NCBI RefSeq assembly: GCF_000150275.1
Contig: NW_002061087.1
Coordinates: 1 to 9,425, forward strand
Source: Trichoplax adhaerens
Lineage: Eukaryota > Animalia > Placozoa
Length of the DNA: 9,425 nt
Direction of reading: 5' to 3'
Shown: in pieces, positions 9,193 through 9,425 of the stretch
Numbering within the stretch: position 1 is the first letter of the stretch
How the letters are laid out: the number at the start of each line of letters is the position of its first letter
Notes under the pieces: model-generated
What the model was told of the DNA's origin: nothing
What the model saw: only the letters and a program-made list of their open reading frames with translations
The model's database searches: none
Made by a program: the position numbers and the translations under genes

Positions 9193-9264
9193 ATACTTTC
9201 AGTCTAATAGGATCCATTCCGTTCATCCTATAATCTTTCATGGTTTAAAAAAGCTGAAATTTCT
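9193..9264 (+). CDS. LRR exon YFQSNRIHSVHPIIFHGLKKLKFL
   Basis: 72 nt, phase 2-2, ttatag acceptor, GTAAGA donor. Confidence 0.95.
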
Positions 9265-9425
9265 GTAAGATTCGTATACATTTTATGTTTTACTTGTATT
9301 GCAAAGTTATGAATTATTTTAAAAATAGATATATATGACGAGTCAAGTTCAATAGCCAAGTAAAGATTGCGCTGGTTTTACAATCTTGGTAGATTAAATC
9401 CTTGAGAATAAACATAAGAATTTTA

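Larger units (their letters stand above)
1910..9425 (+). other. Partial multi-exon gene span: signal peptide - LDLa - CUB-like segments - LRRNT - at least 7 LRRs; probable LRR-GPCR (type C, RXFP/GRL101-like) ectodomain, 3' end outside the window
   Basis: All recognisable extracellular-domain exons lie on the plus strand in a sensible N-to-C order with GT-AG boundaries. Splice phases are compatible where adjacent exons could be joined. That all pieces belong to one transcript, and the GPCR assignment, are inference. Confidence 0.6.

Noticed and set aside
1-9425. Prokaryotic or phage system, CRISPR array, or gene-free junk DNA
   Set aside because: No operon-like ORFs and no repeat-spacer periodicity. 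The lack of long ORFs is explained by short spliceosomal exons.

Overview
AT-rich (roughly 30% GC) eukaryotic genomic DNA with short GT-AG introns, so the ORF track misses the real coding content. The main feature is a multi-exon, plus-strand gene for a metazoan secreted or cell-surface protein. It has a probable signal-peptide exon (1910-1991), an atypical LDL-receptor class A exon (2131-2238), several divergent CUB-like candidate exons (2313-4681) and an LRR N-terminal cap exon (5208-5316). Seven consecutive phase 2-2 exons (7739-9264; one 78 nt, six 72 nt) then each encode one typical-type leucine-rich repeat, and the gene runs off the right edge. LDLa plus LRRNT plus LRR resembles the ectodomain of type-C LRR-GPCRs (RXFP/GRL101-like), but no transmembrane region is visible here, so the receptor class is inferred. 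Base composition and intron sizes would fit a compact early-branching animal genome such as a placozoan (inference only). I could not fully parse 2600-5200 or 5320-7740, where exon-like pieces do not join cleanly. A possible minus-strand terminal exon lies at 618-811. I found no RNA genes, CRISPR arrays or recognisable mobile elements, and no evidence for a wholly new biological system.
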